Source: an uncultured Verrucomicrobiae bacterium (GTDB lineage Bacteria > Verrucomicrobiota > Verrucomicrobiia > Chthoniobacterales > Chthoniobacteraceae). Taken from it: a DNA stretch of 64,000 nucleotides. Position numbers and translations under genes: made by a program. Below the pieces are notes generated by a model that was not told the DNA's origin, made no database searches, and saw only the letters and a program-made list of their open reading frames with translations. Shown here piece by piece: positions 30,986 through 40,135 of this stretch (its first letter is position 1; every line of letters begins with the position of its first letter). The stretch is taken from positions 160,001 through 224,000 of the forward strand of contig CAWIKF010000002.1 of assembly GCA_963836755.1 (NCBI GenBank), read 5' to 3'.

Positions 30986-31200
30986 ATCAAACCTGCGTTG
31001 AAGAGACCAACCGGCATTTCGCGCTCGCGATCTTGTCGGCCGAAATCGAAGCCGGAACAGCTTCCGGCATTCTGCACATCTTCCGGGGCGATCTGAACGT
31101 CTTCCGGGCCTCGCTACTGCCTCCGGTCTTCGCTGATGCGCTTCCGGGCGTTCTGTCGTGCTTGCGGACGGGACTGGTTTGCTCCCGAGTCGGGGCTGAT

Positions 31201-32262
31201 TTACGCGCTGAGCAACTGGTCGATGGCGCGGCGATGGGGCGACGGGATCGGCGGGAGATTTTCGCGGGGATGCCATGCGGAGGCGTCGCGGCGCGGGAGG
31301 GTGCGGACTTTGTAGATGGTGAGCCGCACGCGGTGGTGGGTGAAGGGGTAGTCGAGCTTTAGCAGCGGCTCGGTTTCCGGCGCGAGGGTGAGCGCGGGAA
31401 GTTTCCACAAGCCGCGCCAGCGCGACTCGGTTTGCTTTTCGAGCAGGATTTTTCCGCCGGAGAATAGGAATGCGCAGTTTTCAATGAGGTCGATGGCGGC
31501 GCGGCGCGGTTTTTTGCGCGGCAGTTCGAGCGGGTTTTCGGCGCGGCAGAATTCGGCGACGGGGCATGCGGCGCATTTCGGGGCGCGCGGGGTGCAGATG
31601 AGGGCGCCGAGTTCCATGAGCGCGCTGTTAAACAAACGGCCACGCTCCGGCGGCTGGAGTTTCTCGGCAGCGGTCCATAAAAATTCGGCGCCGGCGGTGG
31701 TGTCGATGGGGATTTGCAAATCGAACAGCCGCGCGAGGAGGCGGGCGATGTTCGCATCGACGATGGGGACGGGCTGGTCGAATGCGAACGCTGCGACCGC
31801 GCCGGCGGTGTAGCGACCGACGCCGGGCAGCGCGCTGATTTGCGCGAGATCGCGCGGAAAGTGGGCGCGATGCGTCGCGGCGAGGAATTGCGCGGCGCGG
31901 TGGAGATTGCGCGCGCGGGAGTAGTAGCCGAGGCCCTGCCATTCGTGCAGGACGCTCTGTTCATCGGCATCGGCGAGCGATTGCGCGTCGGGGAATCTTT
32001 TCATCCATCGCTCAAAATACGGGATGACGGCGGCGACTTGCGTCTGCTGGCACATGATCTCGGAGACGAGGATCGCGTAGGGATCGTTCGTGCGGCGCCA
32101 CGGGAGGTCGCGTCCGTTTTCTTCAAACCAAGGAATCAACCTTGCGCGGAAATCCGCGTGGCGAAGCGGGGTGGGAGCAAAGTTTTTCGCGAAAGATTTT
32201 CTCTCGGCGGCGACGGCTCCTCGCGGTTTAATGCTGGCTCTCGTGTCGGACAAAGCGCTCAC
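31201..32262 (-). CDS. mutY: A/G-specific adenine glycosylase (start uncertain)
   Basis: RDLPWR, VSEIMCQQTQV, WQGLGYYSRARNL, LPGVGRYTA, CTPRAPKCAACPVAEFC Fe-S cluster. Confidence 0.93.
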   Translation of the reverse strand: MSALSDTRASIKPRGAVAAERKSFAKNFAPTPLRHADFRARLIPWFEENGRDLPWRRTNDPYAILVSEIMCQQTQVAAVIPYFERWMKRFPDAQSLADADEQSVLHEWQGLGYYSRARNLHRAAQFLAATHRAHFPRDLAQISALPGVGRYTAGAVAAFAFDQPVPIVDANIARLLARLFDLQIPIDTTAGAEFLWTAAEKLQPPERGRLFNSALMELGALICTPRAPKCAACPVAEFCRAENPLELPRKKPRRAAIDLIENCAFLFSGGKILLEKQTESRWRGLWKLPALTLAPETEPLLKLDYPFTHHRVRLTIYKVRTLPRRDASAWHPRENLPPIPSPHRRAIDQLLSA

Positions 32263-33208
32263 ACTTTACACCACTCCGCTGACGGCGGAACAGGCCGCAA
32301 AGCTGCGCGAGCTGCTGACGCGCGAGAATTTCGAGTTCGCGCCGAAGCCTCACACGCTCTTTTTTGCGCAGAAGGATCGGCTGACGGCGGCGGTCTACGA
32401 GAAGGGGCCGAAGCTGGTGCTGCAAGGGCGCGGCGCGGGGGAGTTCGTGCAGTTCCATCTCGAGCCGGAGGTGCTCGGCGAGGCGAAGCTCGGCTACGAG
32501 GAGCTGCACAACCCGGAGATGTTCGCGCCGCATTTCGGCATCGACGAGAGCGGCAAGGGGGACTTCTTCGGCCCGCTCGTGATCGCGGGAGTCTATGTGG
32601 ACCGCGGCATCGCAAGGATTTTCCAGGACGCGGGCGTGACCGACAGCAAGCGGATCGGCTCGGACAAAAAAATTAGGGACCTCGCGAAAATCATCAAGAC
32701 GACGCACGGCGCCGTGCATAGCGTCGTGGAGATCGGCCCCGCGAAATACAACGAGATGATCGCGCGGAACAAAAACCTGAACCGGGTGCTGGCGTGGGGC
32801 CACGCGCGCGTGATCGAGAACTTGCTCGGCCTGCGCAGCGATTGCCCGCGCGCGCTCTCGGATCAATTCGCGAACCCGAAGCTGATCGAGAACGCGCTGA
32901 TGGAGCATGGAAAAAAAATCGTGCTCGAGCAGCGGACGAAGGCGGAGTCGGACTTCGCGGTCGCCGCGGCCTCGATCCTGGCGCGCGAGCGTTTCATCGA
33001 CTGGCTGGCGAAAACGGGAAAGCGTTTTGAGAAAACGATCCCACGCGGAGCGTCAGCGCTTGTCAAACAGGTGGCGCGGGAGCTCGTGGCCGCGCATTCG
33101 CCGGAATTGCTGCGCGAGATTGCGAAGACGCATTTCAAAACTGCGTCGGAGATCGACCCGGAACTTTTCCCGCTGGTGGTGCGCCCCCCATTCCAAAAGC
33201 GCGCTTGA
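32231..33208 (+). CDS. rnhC: Ribonuclease HIII
   Basis: N-terminal TBP-like region (YEKGPKLVLQG), GIDESGKGDFFGPLV, DSK, DQF, VAAASILAR. Confidence 0.9.
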   Translation: MLALVSDKALTLYTTPLTAEQAAKLRELLTRENFEFAPKPHTLFFAQKDRLTAAVYEKGPKLVLQGRGAGEFVQFHLEPEVLGEAKLGYEELHNPEMFAPHFGIDESGKGDFFGPLVIAGVYVDRGIARIFQDAGVTDSKRIGSDKKIRDLAKIIKTTHGAVHSVVEIGPAKYNEMIARNKNLNRVLAWGHARVIENLLGLRSDCPRALSDQFANPKLIENALMEHGKKIVLEQRTKAESDFAVAAASILARERFIDWLAKTGKRFEKTIPRGASALVKQVARELVAAHSPELLREIAKTHFKTASEIDPELFPLVVRPPFQKRA

Positions 33209-33234
33209 TACCGTCGCGCCGGCGGGCTTAACGT
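33205..33234 (+). promoter_or_regulatory. sigma70-like promoter, probably leaderless, for the HU gene
   Basis: TTGATA-18 nt-TAACGT, 6 nt before ATG 33241. Confidence 0.5.
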
Positions 33235-33240
33235 TGCGCC

Positions 33241-33558
33241 ATGCCAACGCTAACGAAGCGCGACCTCGTTGTGAAAATCAGCAACGAAACCGGCTTGGTG
33301 CAGCATCAGGTGCTCGACGTCGTGCAAAAAACGCTCGACTACATCACCGACGCGCTGGCGTCGGGCGACGTGGTGGAACTGCGGAATTTCGGCATCCTCG
33401 AGGTGAAACTCACGAAGCAGCGCGTCGGCCGGAATCCGAACGTGCCCGGCAGCCAATTCATCATTCCGGCGCGTGCGACGGTGAAATTCAAGAGCGGCAA
33501 AATCATGCGGCAGCGCGTGGAAAAGTTGTCGGCGGTGATGAAGCGCGGCAAAGCTTAG
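33241..33558 (+). CDS. HU/IHF family DNA-binding protein
   Basis: LTKRDLV, VELRNFG, RVGRNP, IPARATVKFKSGK. Confidence 0.93.
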   Translation: MPTLTKRDLVVKISNETGLVQHQVLDVVQKTLDYITDALASGDVVELRNFGILEVKLTKQRVGRNPNVPGSQFIIPARATVKFKSGKIMRQRVEKLSAVMKRGKA

Positions 33559-33574
33559 CGTTTAACAAGCGGCG

Positions 33575-34864
33575 TCACGCGGCGCGAATCGCGGACGGAA
33601 CGAGGATGGCGTCGCGCATGCCGTGCAGCAACTTTTTGTCGGGCGGACAGATCGTCGCGAGCGCGCCTCGCAGCTCGGCTTTCCCGCCAATGATGAAGTA
33701 ATACGGGCAGAGCCGCACGCGACCCGACATCGTGCGCATCTCGCTTTTCTCGCGATCAAAGTAGGGATGCTCGAAAAGCCGGCCTTTGTGGAAGCGCTGC
33801 AAAATGTAGGGATGCGTGTCGAAATCGCGCAGCGCATTTTCGAGCGCGGCCTGCCATTCGTGCTGCGGCATATCGGCGGCGAGCGAGACGCCGCGGCTGC
33901 CCCACGCGAGCTCGGAAAAGCCGCTGATTTTTAAAATCAACTCGCGCTGCTTTTGCGAAAAGTGGCCCAGCTCGCGCCAATCCTGAATCCCAAGTTCGGG
34001 AATCACCGCGTGCTGCGGCAGCGGCGTCGGATCGACGATCCATGTGTAAGGAATCGCTTCCTGCAGTTTGAAAAAATGGCGCTCGCCGATTTCACGCCGC
34101 CAAAATTCCCGCAGCGGCCGGAGCCAGAAAAGTGCAAACCACATTTTTTCCTCAAGGTAAGGCTTGAACGGCGGCGTAACGGTCACATCGCCCGCGAGGG
34201 CTGATGCCATCAGGCTTTGCGCCGATGGCAGACTCGGAAGATCGAACAGCTCAAAGAAGCGATAGACCGAACTTTTACCCGGCGAAAAGTTTTCTGCATC
34301 GCGCACGGTCACGCTTCCGCCGAGCTGCTGCGCGAGCCATTCCATCTCGGGTCGATACGTGGCGGACTCGCGCGAAATGGCAATCTCGCCGTCGCCAATA
34401 ATCGCGCCGAAGCCATCGATCATGCCGCGCGCGCCGCCGAGCACTTCCTGGCCGAGCGCGGCGTAGTTTTGATTCAGCCATGCGGTGAGGCCGATGCCGC
34501 CCGGCACGGTGTCGAGCTCCGCGATCGTGAAGCCGTTTTCGGTGAGCACGAGATCGGGCCGGAGCACGCGCGGCAGCTCATCGCGGAATTTTTTTTGCCG
34601 CGCGAATTCGATCAGCTCCGCCGGTTTGCCGCGATCGAGATAATCGGCGATCCACGCCGGTTGCCGGCCGGTGATGCTGAGGTGGTAAAGTAAATTGCAC
34701 GCGCGCTGAAAAAGGTTCAGGCGGTAGCCGAGCTTCTCGAGCTCATCGACGAATCTTGCGTCGAGCGGAAAAGCCTCGGGCGAAATCAGCCACTCCTTTT
34801 CGGCGAACAAACCTTCGCGCGGCATTGCGGCGCGCACCGCTTCCACTTTTTCCTGCGCGGTCAT
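33575..34864 (-). CDS. Uncharacterised ATP-grasp-like (glutathionylspermidine synthase-like) protein
   Basis: RPDLVL..FTIAELDTVPGG, LILKISG..WGSRGV, YILQRF and RVRLCPY resemble circularly permuted ATP-grasp ligases. Confidence 0.55.
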   Translation of the reverse strand: MTAQEKVEAVRAAMPREGLFAEKEWLISPEAFPLDARFVDELEKLGYRLNLFQRACNLLYHLSITGRQPAWIADYLDRGKPAELIEFARQKKFRDELPRVLRPDLVLTENGFTIAELDTVPGGIGLTAWLNQNYAALGQEVLGGARGMIDGFGAIIGDGEIAISRESATYRPEMEWLAQQLGGSVTVRDAENFSPGKSSVYRFFELFDLPSLPSAQSLMASALAGDVTVTPPFKPYLEEKMWFALFWLRPLREFWRREIGERHFFKLQEAIPYTWIVDPTPLPQHAVIPELGIQDWRELGHFSQKQRELILKISGFSELAWGSRGVSLAADMPQHEWQAALENALRDFDTHPYILQRFHKGRLFEHPYFDREKSEMRTMSGRVRLCPYYFIIGGKAELRGALATICPPDKKLLHGMRDAILVPSAIRAA

Positions 34865-34919
34865 GCGAAGTCAATTTGGAGCATGTTTCGGTGAAACGGA
34901 TTCTGCGCGGCGCACGCGC

Positions 34920-35522
34920 TTAAATCATCAGCTTCAAAGCCTGCCGCACCAGCTCCTCAGCGCTTTGTCCGGCATTCGCGCCCGCGGCCTGCTTGACCGA
35001 TTTGTGCGCATCCACTTGTTTATACCCGAGTGAAATAAGCGCCAGCACAGCGTCGTTGACATTCGCCTCCTCCGCGGACGGCGCGTGCGCGGCACTGGCC
35101 GCTTCCCACGCGGCGGCGACGCCGACTTTGTCCTTGAGTTCGAGCACGATTCGCTCGGCGGTTTTTTTGCCGACGCCTTTCACTTTTGCAATGGCGTCGG
35201 TCGCGTTGTTGACGACCGCGCTTTTAAAATTCGTCACGCTCATCCCGCTCAAAACCGCGAGCGCCATCTTCGGGCCGATGCCGGAAACGTGGTTGACGAG
35301 CAGTCGGAAAAGATCGCGCTCCGCGTGCGACATGAACCCGAAAAGCACGTGCGCATCCTCGCGGACCTGCAGATGCGTGAGGATTTTGATCGGCGCGCCG
35401 AGCGCCGGCAGACGGTCGAAACTCGACAGCGGAATGAGCACCTGATAGCCAACGCCATTCACCGCCACCGCGATTTGCGTCGGCAGCGCCTCCACCAAAA
35501 TGCCATCCAGGAACGTGATCAT
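34920..35522 (-). CDS. ruvA: Holliday junction branch migration protein RuvA
   Basis: MITFLDG, VNGVGY, VREDA..LFGF, VSGIGPK, GVGKKTAERIVLELKDK, ALISLGY. Confidence 0.96.
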   Translation of the reverse strand: MITFLDGILVEALPTQIAVAVNGVGYQVLIPLSSFDRLPALGAPIKILTHLQVREDAHVLFGFMSHAERDLFRLLVNHVSGIGPKMALAVLSGMSVTNFKSAVVNNATDAIAKVKGVGKKTAERIVLELKDKVGVAAAWEAASAAHAPSAEEANVNDAVLALISLGYKQVDAHKSVKQAAGANAGQSAEELVRQALKLMI

Positions 35523-35553
35523 CGAAACGCGGATTCTCCGCGCGCGGCGGGCA

Positions 35554-36135
35554 ATGGGAAGATTTTTCGTCGTCGCTTTTTTGGCCGCCGCGACCGCGCG
35601 CGCGCAGACCGACGCGAAGCAATGGCACGTGCTGATCGAGCCAAAGTTCATGCATCCCGAAGTGGCGTTTCCGATTCCCGACGCCGAGCGGACAGTGCTC
35701 GTGCCGGGCTGGCTCGCGGACGGCGAGCTGCATTATTTTTCAAAGGCGCAATTCGACGCGCTGAAGACAAGCTGGGCGGCGTTCCAGGCAAAGTCGCGTG
35801 AAAATCGGACTGACAACAAAGTCAAAGCGAATCTCGCGCGCGGCGCGAAAAAAGTGATCGAGTATGCGGCGATCACTTCCGACAGTCCGCTGACAGCGAC
35901 CGCAGTTTTGTCGCCAGATTTTCTGAAAAAGTTTGCTGACGTTTTCGGCGCGAAATTGCTCGTCGCGATTCCAAACCGATACACGATTTTCGTGTTTCCA
36001 TCGCTGGCGACGAACTATCGCGATTACGCGCCGATGATCCTCAGCGCGTATCACAACTCGGCTTATCCCGTGAGCCTCGAGATCTTCGAACTCAGCGCCG
36101 ACGGCTTGCGCTCGGTCGGCGAATTCGAGGAATAA
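35554..36135 (+). CDS. Secreted hypothetical protein
   Basis: Signal peptide MGRFFVVAFLAAATARA and coding-like codon usage. Confidence 0.65.
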   Translation: MGRFFVVAFLAAATARAQTDAKQWHVLIEPKFMHPEVAFPIPDAERTVLVPGWLADGELHYFSKAQFDALKTSWAAFQAKSRENRTDNKVKANLARGAKKVIEYAAITSDSPLTATAVLSPDFLKKFADVFGAKLLVAIPNRYTIFVFPSLATNYRDYAPMILSAYHNSAYPVSLEIFELSADGLRSVGEFEE

Positions 36136-36140
36136 ATCCG

Positions 36141-37679
36141 CTACGAAAGCCGCACATACGCGGCGAGTCCGTGGACGCCGCCTTCGCGCCCGAAGCCGCT
36201 TTCCTTGTAGCCGCCGAACGGCGAAGTGGGATCAAACTTATTGTAAGTATTCGCCCAGACCACGCCGGCACGCAGCTTCGAGACGACCTTGAAAATCTTT
36301 GAGCCTTTGTCGGTCCAGACGCCGGCGCTTAGGCCGAACGGCGTGTTATTCGCCCGCTCGATCGCCTCTTCCGGCGTGCGAAAAGTCATCACGCTCAACA
36401 CCGGCCCGAAAATTTCCTCGCGCGCGATGCGATGCGTCGCGGTGACTCCGGTGAAAAAACTCGGCGGATACCAAAACCCGCGCTCGGGCAGCTCGCAGCG
36501 CGACTGCACGAGTTCCGCGCCTTCACTCACGCCGCTGTCCACGAGCTCGCGAATTTTTTCCAGCTGCATTTTTGAATTGATCGCGCCGATGTCGGAATTT
36601 TTGTCGAGCGGATCGCCGACGCGCAGCGTGGAAATGCGGTCGCGCAATTTTCGGATCACGGTCGGAAAAATCGATTCCTGCACGAGCAGCCGCGAGCCGG
36701 CGCAGCAGACATGGCCTTGGTTGAAATAGATGCCGCTGATGATCCCCTCGATCGCCTGGTCGATCGGCGCGTCTTCCATCAAAATGTTCGCGGCCTTGCC
36801 GCCGAGCTCGAGCGTCAACTTTTTCTTCGAGCCCGCGAGCGACTTTGCGATGAGCTTGCCGACATCGGTCGAGCCGGTGAATGCAATTTTGTTTACATCC
36901 TCGTGCTCGACGAGTGCGCGGCCGGTTTCGCCCGCGCCGGTGATGATGTTCACGACGCCATCGGGCAGCTCAGCTTCCGCAAAAATCCGCGCGAGATGCA
37001 TCGCGCTGATGCTGGTGGTCTCAGCAGGTTTTAAAACAACCGTATTACCGCACGCGAGCGCCGGCGCGAGCTTCCAGGCGGCCATGAGCAGCGGAAAATT
37101 CCACGGGATGATCTGCCCGCAAACACCCAGCGGACGGGCTTTGCGGCCGGGAAAGGCGTAGTCGAGCTTGTCGCACCAGCCGGCGTGGTAAAAGAAATGC
37201 GCAGCGACCAGCGGCAGATCCACGTCGCGCGATTCCTTGATCGTCTTGCCGCCGTCCATCGTCTCGATGATCGCGAGCTCGCGCGCTTTCTCCTGGATGA
37301 TCCGCGCGATGCGAAAGAGATATTTTCCGCGCTCGCTGCCCAGCATTTTGCTCCAGACTTTTTCGTAGGCGCGTCGCGCTGCGTTAACGGCGCGGTCAAC
37401 ATCCGTTGCATCCGCCTGCGCGATGTCCGCCAGTTTTTTTTCGGTCGCCGGGTTGATAGACGGGAAATATTTTGCCGAATGCGGCGCGATGAATTTTCCG
37501 TCGATGAACAATTCGTAGCGCGCATCGATTTTGACCGGCGCGCTTTCCGGCGCGGGCGCGTAAGGCCACTTGCCTCCAAAGTTCAGCCGGCGTTCCGCGG
37601 GCGCGAGCGCTGCGTTTGGATGCGTGGAAATTTCTGCGGCGCTGACGACGACTGCGCCGTGAGGGGACTTGCGGGACAT
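36141..37679 (-). CDS. Aldehyde dehydrogenase (DeoC-associated type)
   Basis: IIPWNFP, LKPAE, FTGST, LELGGK, QGHVCCAGSR, EEIFGPV, FGGYKESG. Confidence 0.93.
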   Translation of the reverse strand: MSRKSPHGAVVVSAAEISTHPNAALAPAERRLNFGGKWPYAPAPESAPVKIDARYELFIDGKFIAPHSAKYFPSINPATEKKLADIAQADATDVDRAVNAARRAYEKVWSKMLGSERGKYLFRIARIIQEKARELAIIETMDGGKTIKESRDVDLPLVAAHFFYHAGWCDKLDYAFPGRKARPLGVCGQIIPWNFPLLMAAWKLAPALACGNTVVLKPAETTSISAMHLARIFAEAELPDGVVNIITGAGETGRALVEHEDVNKIAFTGSTDVGKLIAKSLAGSKKKLTLELGGKAANILMEDAPIDQAIEGIISGIYFNQGHVCCAGSRLLVQESIFPTVIRKLRDRISTLRVGDPLDKNSDIGAINSKMQLEKIRELVDSGVSEGAELVQSRCELPERGFWYPPSFFTGVTATHRIAREEIFGPVLSVMTFRTPEEAIERANNTPFGLSAGVWTDKGSKIFKVVSKLRAGVVWANTYNKFDPTSPFGGYKESGFGREGGVHGLAAYVRLS

Positions 37680-37751
37680 GCCCAAGCGTGGCGCGCACGA
37701 GCGCGAAGGTCAAAAAGGTTTTTGAAAAAGCTCGCCGCGCGCGCCAGCCGG

Positions 37752-37780
37752 TTGACGCATAGGAAGCTGGAGTTTACGCT
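37752..37780 (+). promoter_or_regulatory. sigma70-like promoter of the grx-membrane protein-deoC operon
   Basis: TTGACG-17 nt-TACGCT, 9 nt before GTG 37790. Confidence 0.6.
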
Positions 37781-37789
37781 CTCCAAACA

Positions 37790-38041
37790 GTGTCGGCAGC
37801 TTTGCGTTTATATGTCAAAACATGGTGCCCGTGGTGCGTCCGCGCCGTGCGGCAGCTGCAGAAAAGCGGCTATGAGTTTGAAGAGATCGACGTCGAGGCT
37901 GACCGCGCCGCTTATGCGGAAATGATCCGCCTTTCCGGTCAAACTTATACGCCGACGCTGGAAGTCGATGGCAAAGTGCTCGCCGACTTTGGTCCTGAAG
38001 AGCTCGACAATTTCCTTAAACAAAATCAAATCAAACCGTAG
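37790..38041 (+). CDS. Glutaredoxin/NrdH-like protein
   Basis: WCPWC active site and SGQTYTPTL cis-Pro loop. Confidence 0.88.
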   Translation: MSAALRLYVKTWCPWCVRAVRQLQKSGYEFEEIDVEADRAAYAEMIRLSGQTYTPTLEVDGKVLADFGPEELDNFLKQNQIKP

Positions 38042-38053
38042 CACATTGTTTTC

Positions 38054-38872
38054 ATGATTCCGCACCTCATGCTCATCGTGGGCGTCGCCATTTTCAGCAT
38101 GGCGCTGCGCACTTATGCGCATGCCGTGCCGCAAAAACTCGGCGCGATCGGAATCTTCGCGACTTCGTTTTTGATCGGCTGGCTGCTGAGCGGCTACGTG
38201 CTCGTGGGAATTTTTTGCGCGTGCAGCTGGCTGCTGCTGCCGTGGCTGGAAATCCTCACGCGCATCCGGCGGCTGCGGCTGCCGATCGAAAAAAATCTGC
38301 GGCATAAATCACCGCCGCCGCGCGATGCTTTCCCAGCGCTCGGCGAGCTGACGGACGAGGTCGAGGGCGAGAAATTCGAGCACGTCGACGACGTCGGCTG
38401 GGACTGGGATGATTACCAGCAGTTCTTCCGCCTTTATTATAAGACGCAGGAGCGGACGCAGGCGGCGATTTGCCTGATCGACCAGCAGGAGGTCGCGTTT
38501 TATTACCTGAGCCTTTCGTCGCGCGCGCGAGATGGGAAGATCTGGACGACGTGGAATTATCCCTTTTCCTACAGCTTAAAACTCGCGCCGCAATTGCGCA
38601 TCAACCGGCTGCGCGCCGATCACACTTTTCTCGAGCTCTATGAAAGCCACCGCGCGTGGCTGCGGCGGCACGAAGTGGCCGTGGATCAGCTCCAGGAGCT
38701 GGATGCGGGCAAAATCCAAACCGAGATTCAGCAGGATTTGCGCGCGCAAATTTTGCACAACATCGCGAAGGGCGTGCTGACTGAAACGGCTGAAGGGCAC
38801 ATCCGTTATTCGTGGCGCGGGCTGTTTTTTATTTGGTTCCAATTCCTGCGCGATCTCGTGCGACTTTCATGA
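38054..38872 (+). CDS. Hypothetical membrane protein
   Basis: Three N-terminal TM helices plus a soluble domain. Overlaps the deoC start (ATGA). Confidence 0.7.
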   Translation: MIPHLMLIVGVAIFSMALRTYAHAVPQKLGAIGIFATSFLIGWLLSGYVLVGIFCACSWLLLPWLEILTRIRRLRLPIEKNLRHKSPPPRDAFPALGELTDEVEGEKFEHVDDVGWDWDDYQQFFRLYYKTQERTQAAICLIDQQEVAFYYLSLSSRARDGKIWTTWNYPFSYSLKLAPQLRINRLRADHTFLELYESHRAWLRRHEVAVDQLQELDAGKIQTEIQQDLRAQILHNIAKGVLTETAEGHIRYSWRGLFFIWFQFLRDLVRLS

Positions 38873-39786
38873 AAACTCTTGCTTCTTCCAAACGCCCTCG
38901 CGCCGCGGATTTGACCACGATCGACCAGGTGATGGTCGAGGAACGCGCTGCCTCTTTTTCAAAAAGGAGCATCAAGGCCGGCGCGAAACTCGCAGGGCTA
39001 AAGATGGTCGTTTCGATGATGGATTTGACGACTTTGGAGGGCAAAGACACGCCGGGCAAAGTTGCCTATCTTTGCCGCAAGGCGATGTCGCCGCTCGATG
39101 CGCATTACGGCGCGCCGCGCTGCGCGGCGGTGTGCGTTTATCCGAATCTCGTGCGCGCGGCGAAAATGTTTGTGCGTGGAAGCAAGGTTCGCGTCGCGGC
39201 TGTGGCGACGGCGTTTCCGAGCGGCCAGATGCCGCTGCCGGTGAAGCTCGAAGATACGCGGCTCGCGATCGAGGAAGGCGCGGATGAGATCGACATGGTG
39301 ATCGATCGGGGCGCTTTTTTGGCGGGCGATCACGACAAGGTTTTCGATGAAATCGCGGCGACGAAAGAAGTCTGCGGCGAGACGCATTTGAAAGTGATTT
39401 TGGAAACGGGCGAACTCGGCAGCTACGATCAAGTGCGGCTCGCCAGCGACATCGCGATGCGCGCCGGCGGCGATTTCATCAAGACTTCCACCGGGAAAGT
39501 CACGCCCGCCGCGACGATGCCTGTGACATTGATCATGCTCGAGGCGATTCGCGATTATTTTTACCAAACCGGAATCCGCATCGGCATGAAACCGGCGGGC
39601 GGGATCAAGACGGCGAAGGAAGCGCTCGCTTATCTCGTGATGGTGAAGGAAACGCTCGGCGACGACTGGCTCTCGCCGGAGCTGTTTCGCTTCGGCGCGA
39701 GCACCTTGGCGAATGACGTGCTCATGCAGATTGTTAAAAGTGTGGAGGGGAATTACCAGGGCGCCGATTATTTTTCGTTGCCGTAA
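38869..39786 (+). CDS. deoC: Deoxyribose-phosphate aldolase
   Basis: MDLTTL, AAVCVYP, GADEIDMVI, LKVILETGEL, DFIKTSTGK, KPAGG, RFGAS. Confidence 0.95.
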   Translation: MKTLASSKRPRAADLTTIDQVMVEERAASFSKRSIKAGAKLAGLKMVVSMMDLTTLEGKDTPGKVAYLCRKAMSPLDAHYGAPRCAAVCVYPNLVRAAKMFVRGSKVRVAAVATAFPSGQMPLPVKLEDTRLAIEEGADEIDMVIDRGAFLAGDHDKVFDEIAATKEVCGETHLKVILETGELGSYDQVRLASDIAMRAGGDFIKTSTGKVTPAATMPVTLIMLEAIRDYFYQTGIRIGMKPAGGIKTAKEALAYLVMVKETLGDDWLSPELFRFGASTLANDVLMQIVKSVEGNYQGADYFSLP

Positions 39787-39851
39787 AAGTTGGATGAATC
39801 AGCGGCGTTAAATTACGCGCGCGCAACGCATTGTTTTCGTATTGAGAAGCA

Positions 39852-39971
39852 ATGAAAGTGAACCTCAAAAAAATTCGTGAGGCCGGTGCTGCCGGCTATA
39901 TGCTGCTTTGGTTGCTTGGCGTGCCGATTCCGGTGTTGTTCGTCATCTTTTTGCTGCGCGGATGCTCGTAA
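39852..39971 (+). CDS. 39-aa single-TM small protein
   Basis: MKVNLKKIREAGAAGYMLLWLLGVPIPVLFVIFLLRGCS*. Below the ORF-track cutoff. Confidence 0.65.
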   Translation: MKVNLKKIREAGAAGYMLLWLLGVPIPVLFVIFLLRGCS

Positions 39972-40135
39972 AATAAATCTTGCGTCCGCCGCTCGTCCTC
40001 GTCATGTTCGCCACCAAACAGCACAGATGCATTCGGGAATGCGGGATTGTCAGTTGAGTAATTTCAGTGACGATTTGAAATCCGAAGACCGGATACCGTC
40101 ACCGAAGTTTTCTTTGCTCTACAAATAGAATCGAT

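Noticed and set aside
34883..34898. parS-like TGTTTCGGTGAAACG between ruvA and the ATP-grasp gene
   Set aside because: It is one base short in the centre, which breaks the 16-bp palindrome spacing.
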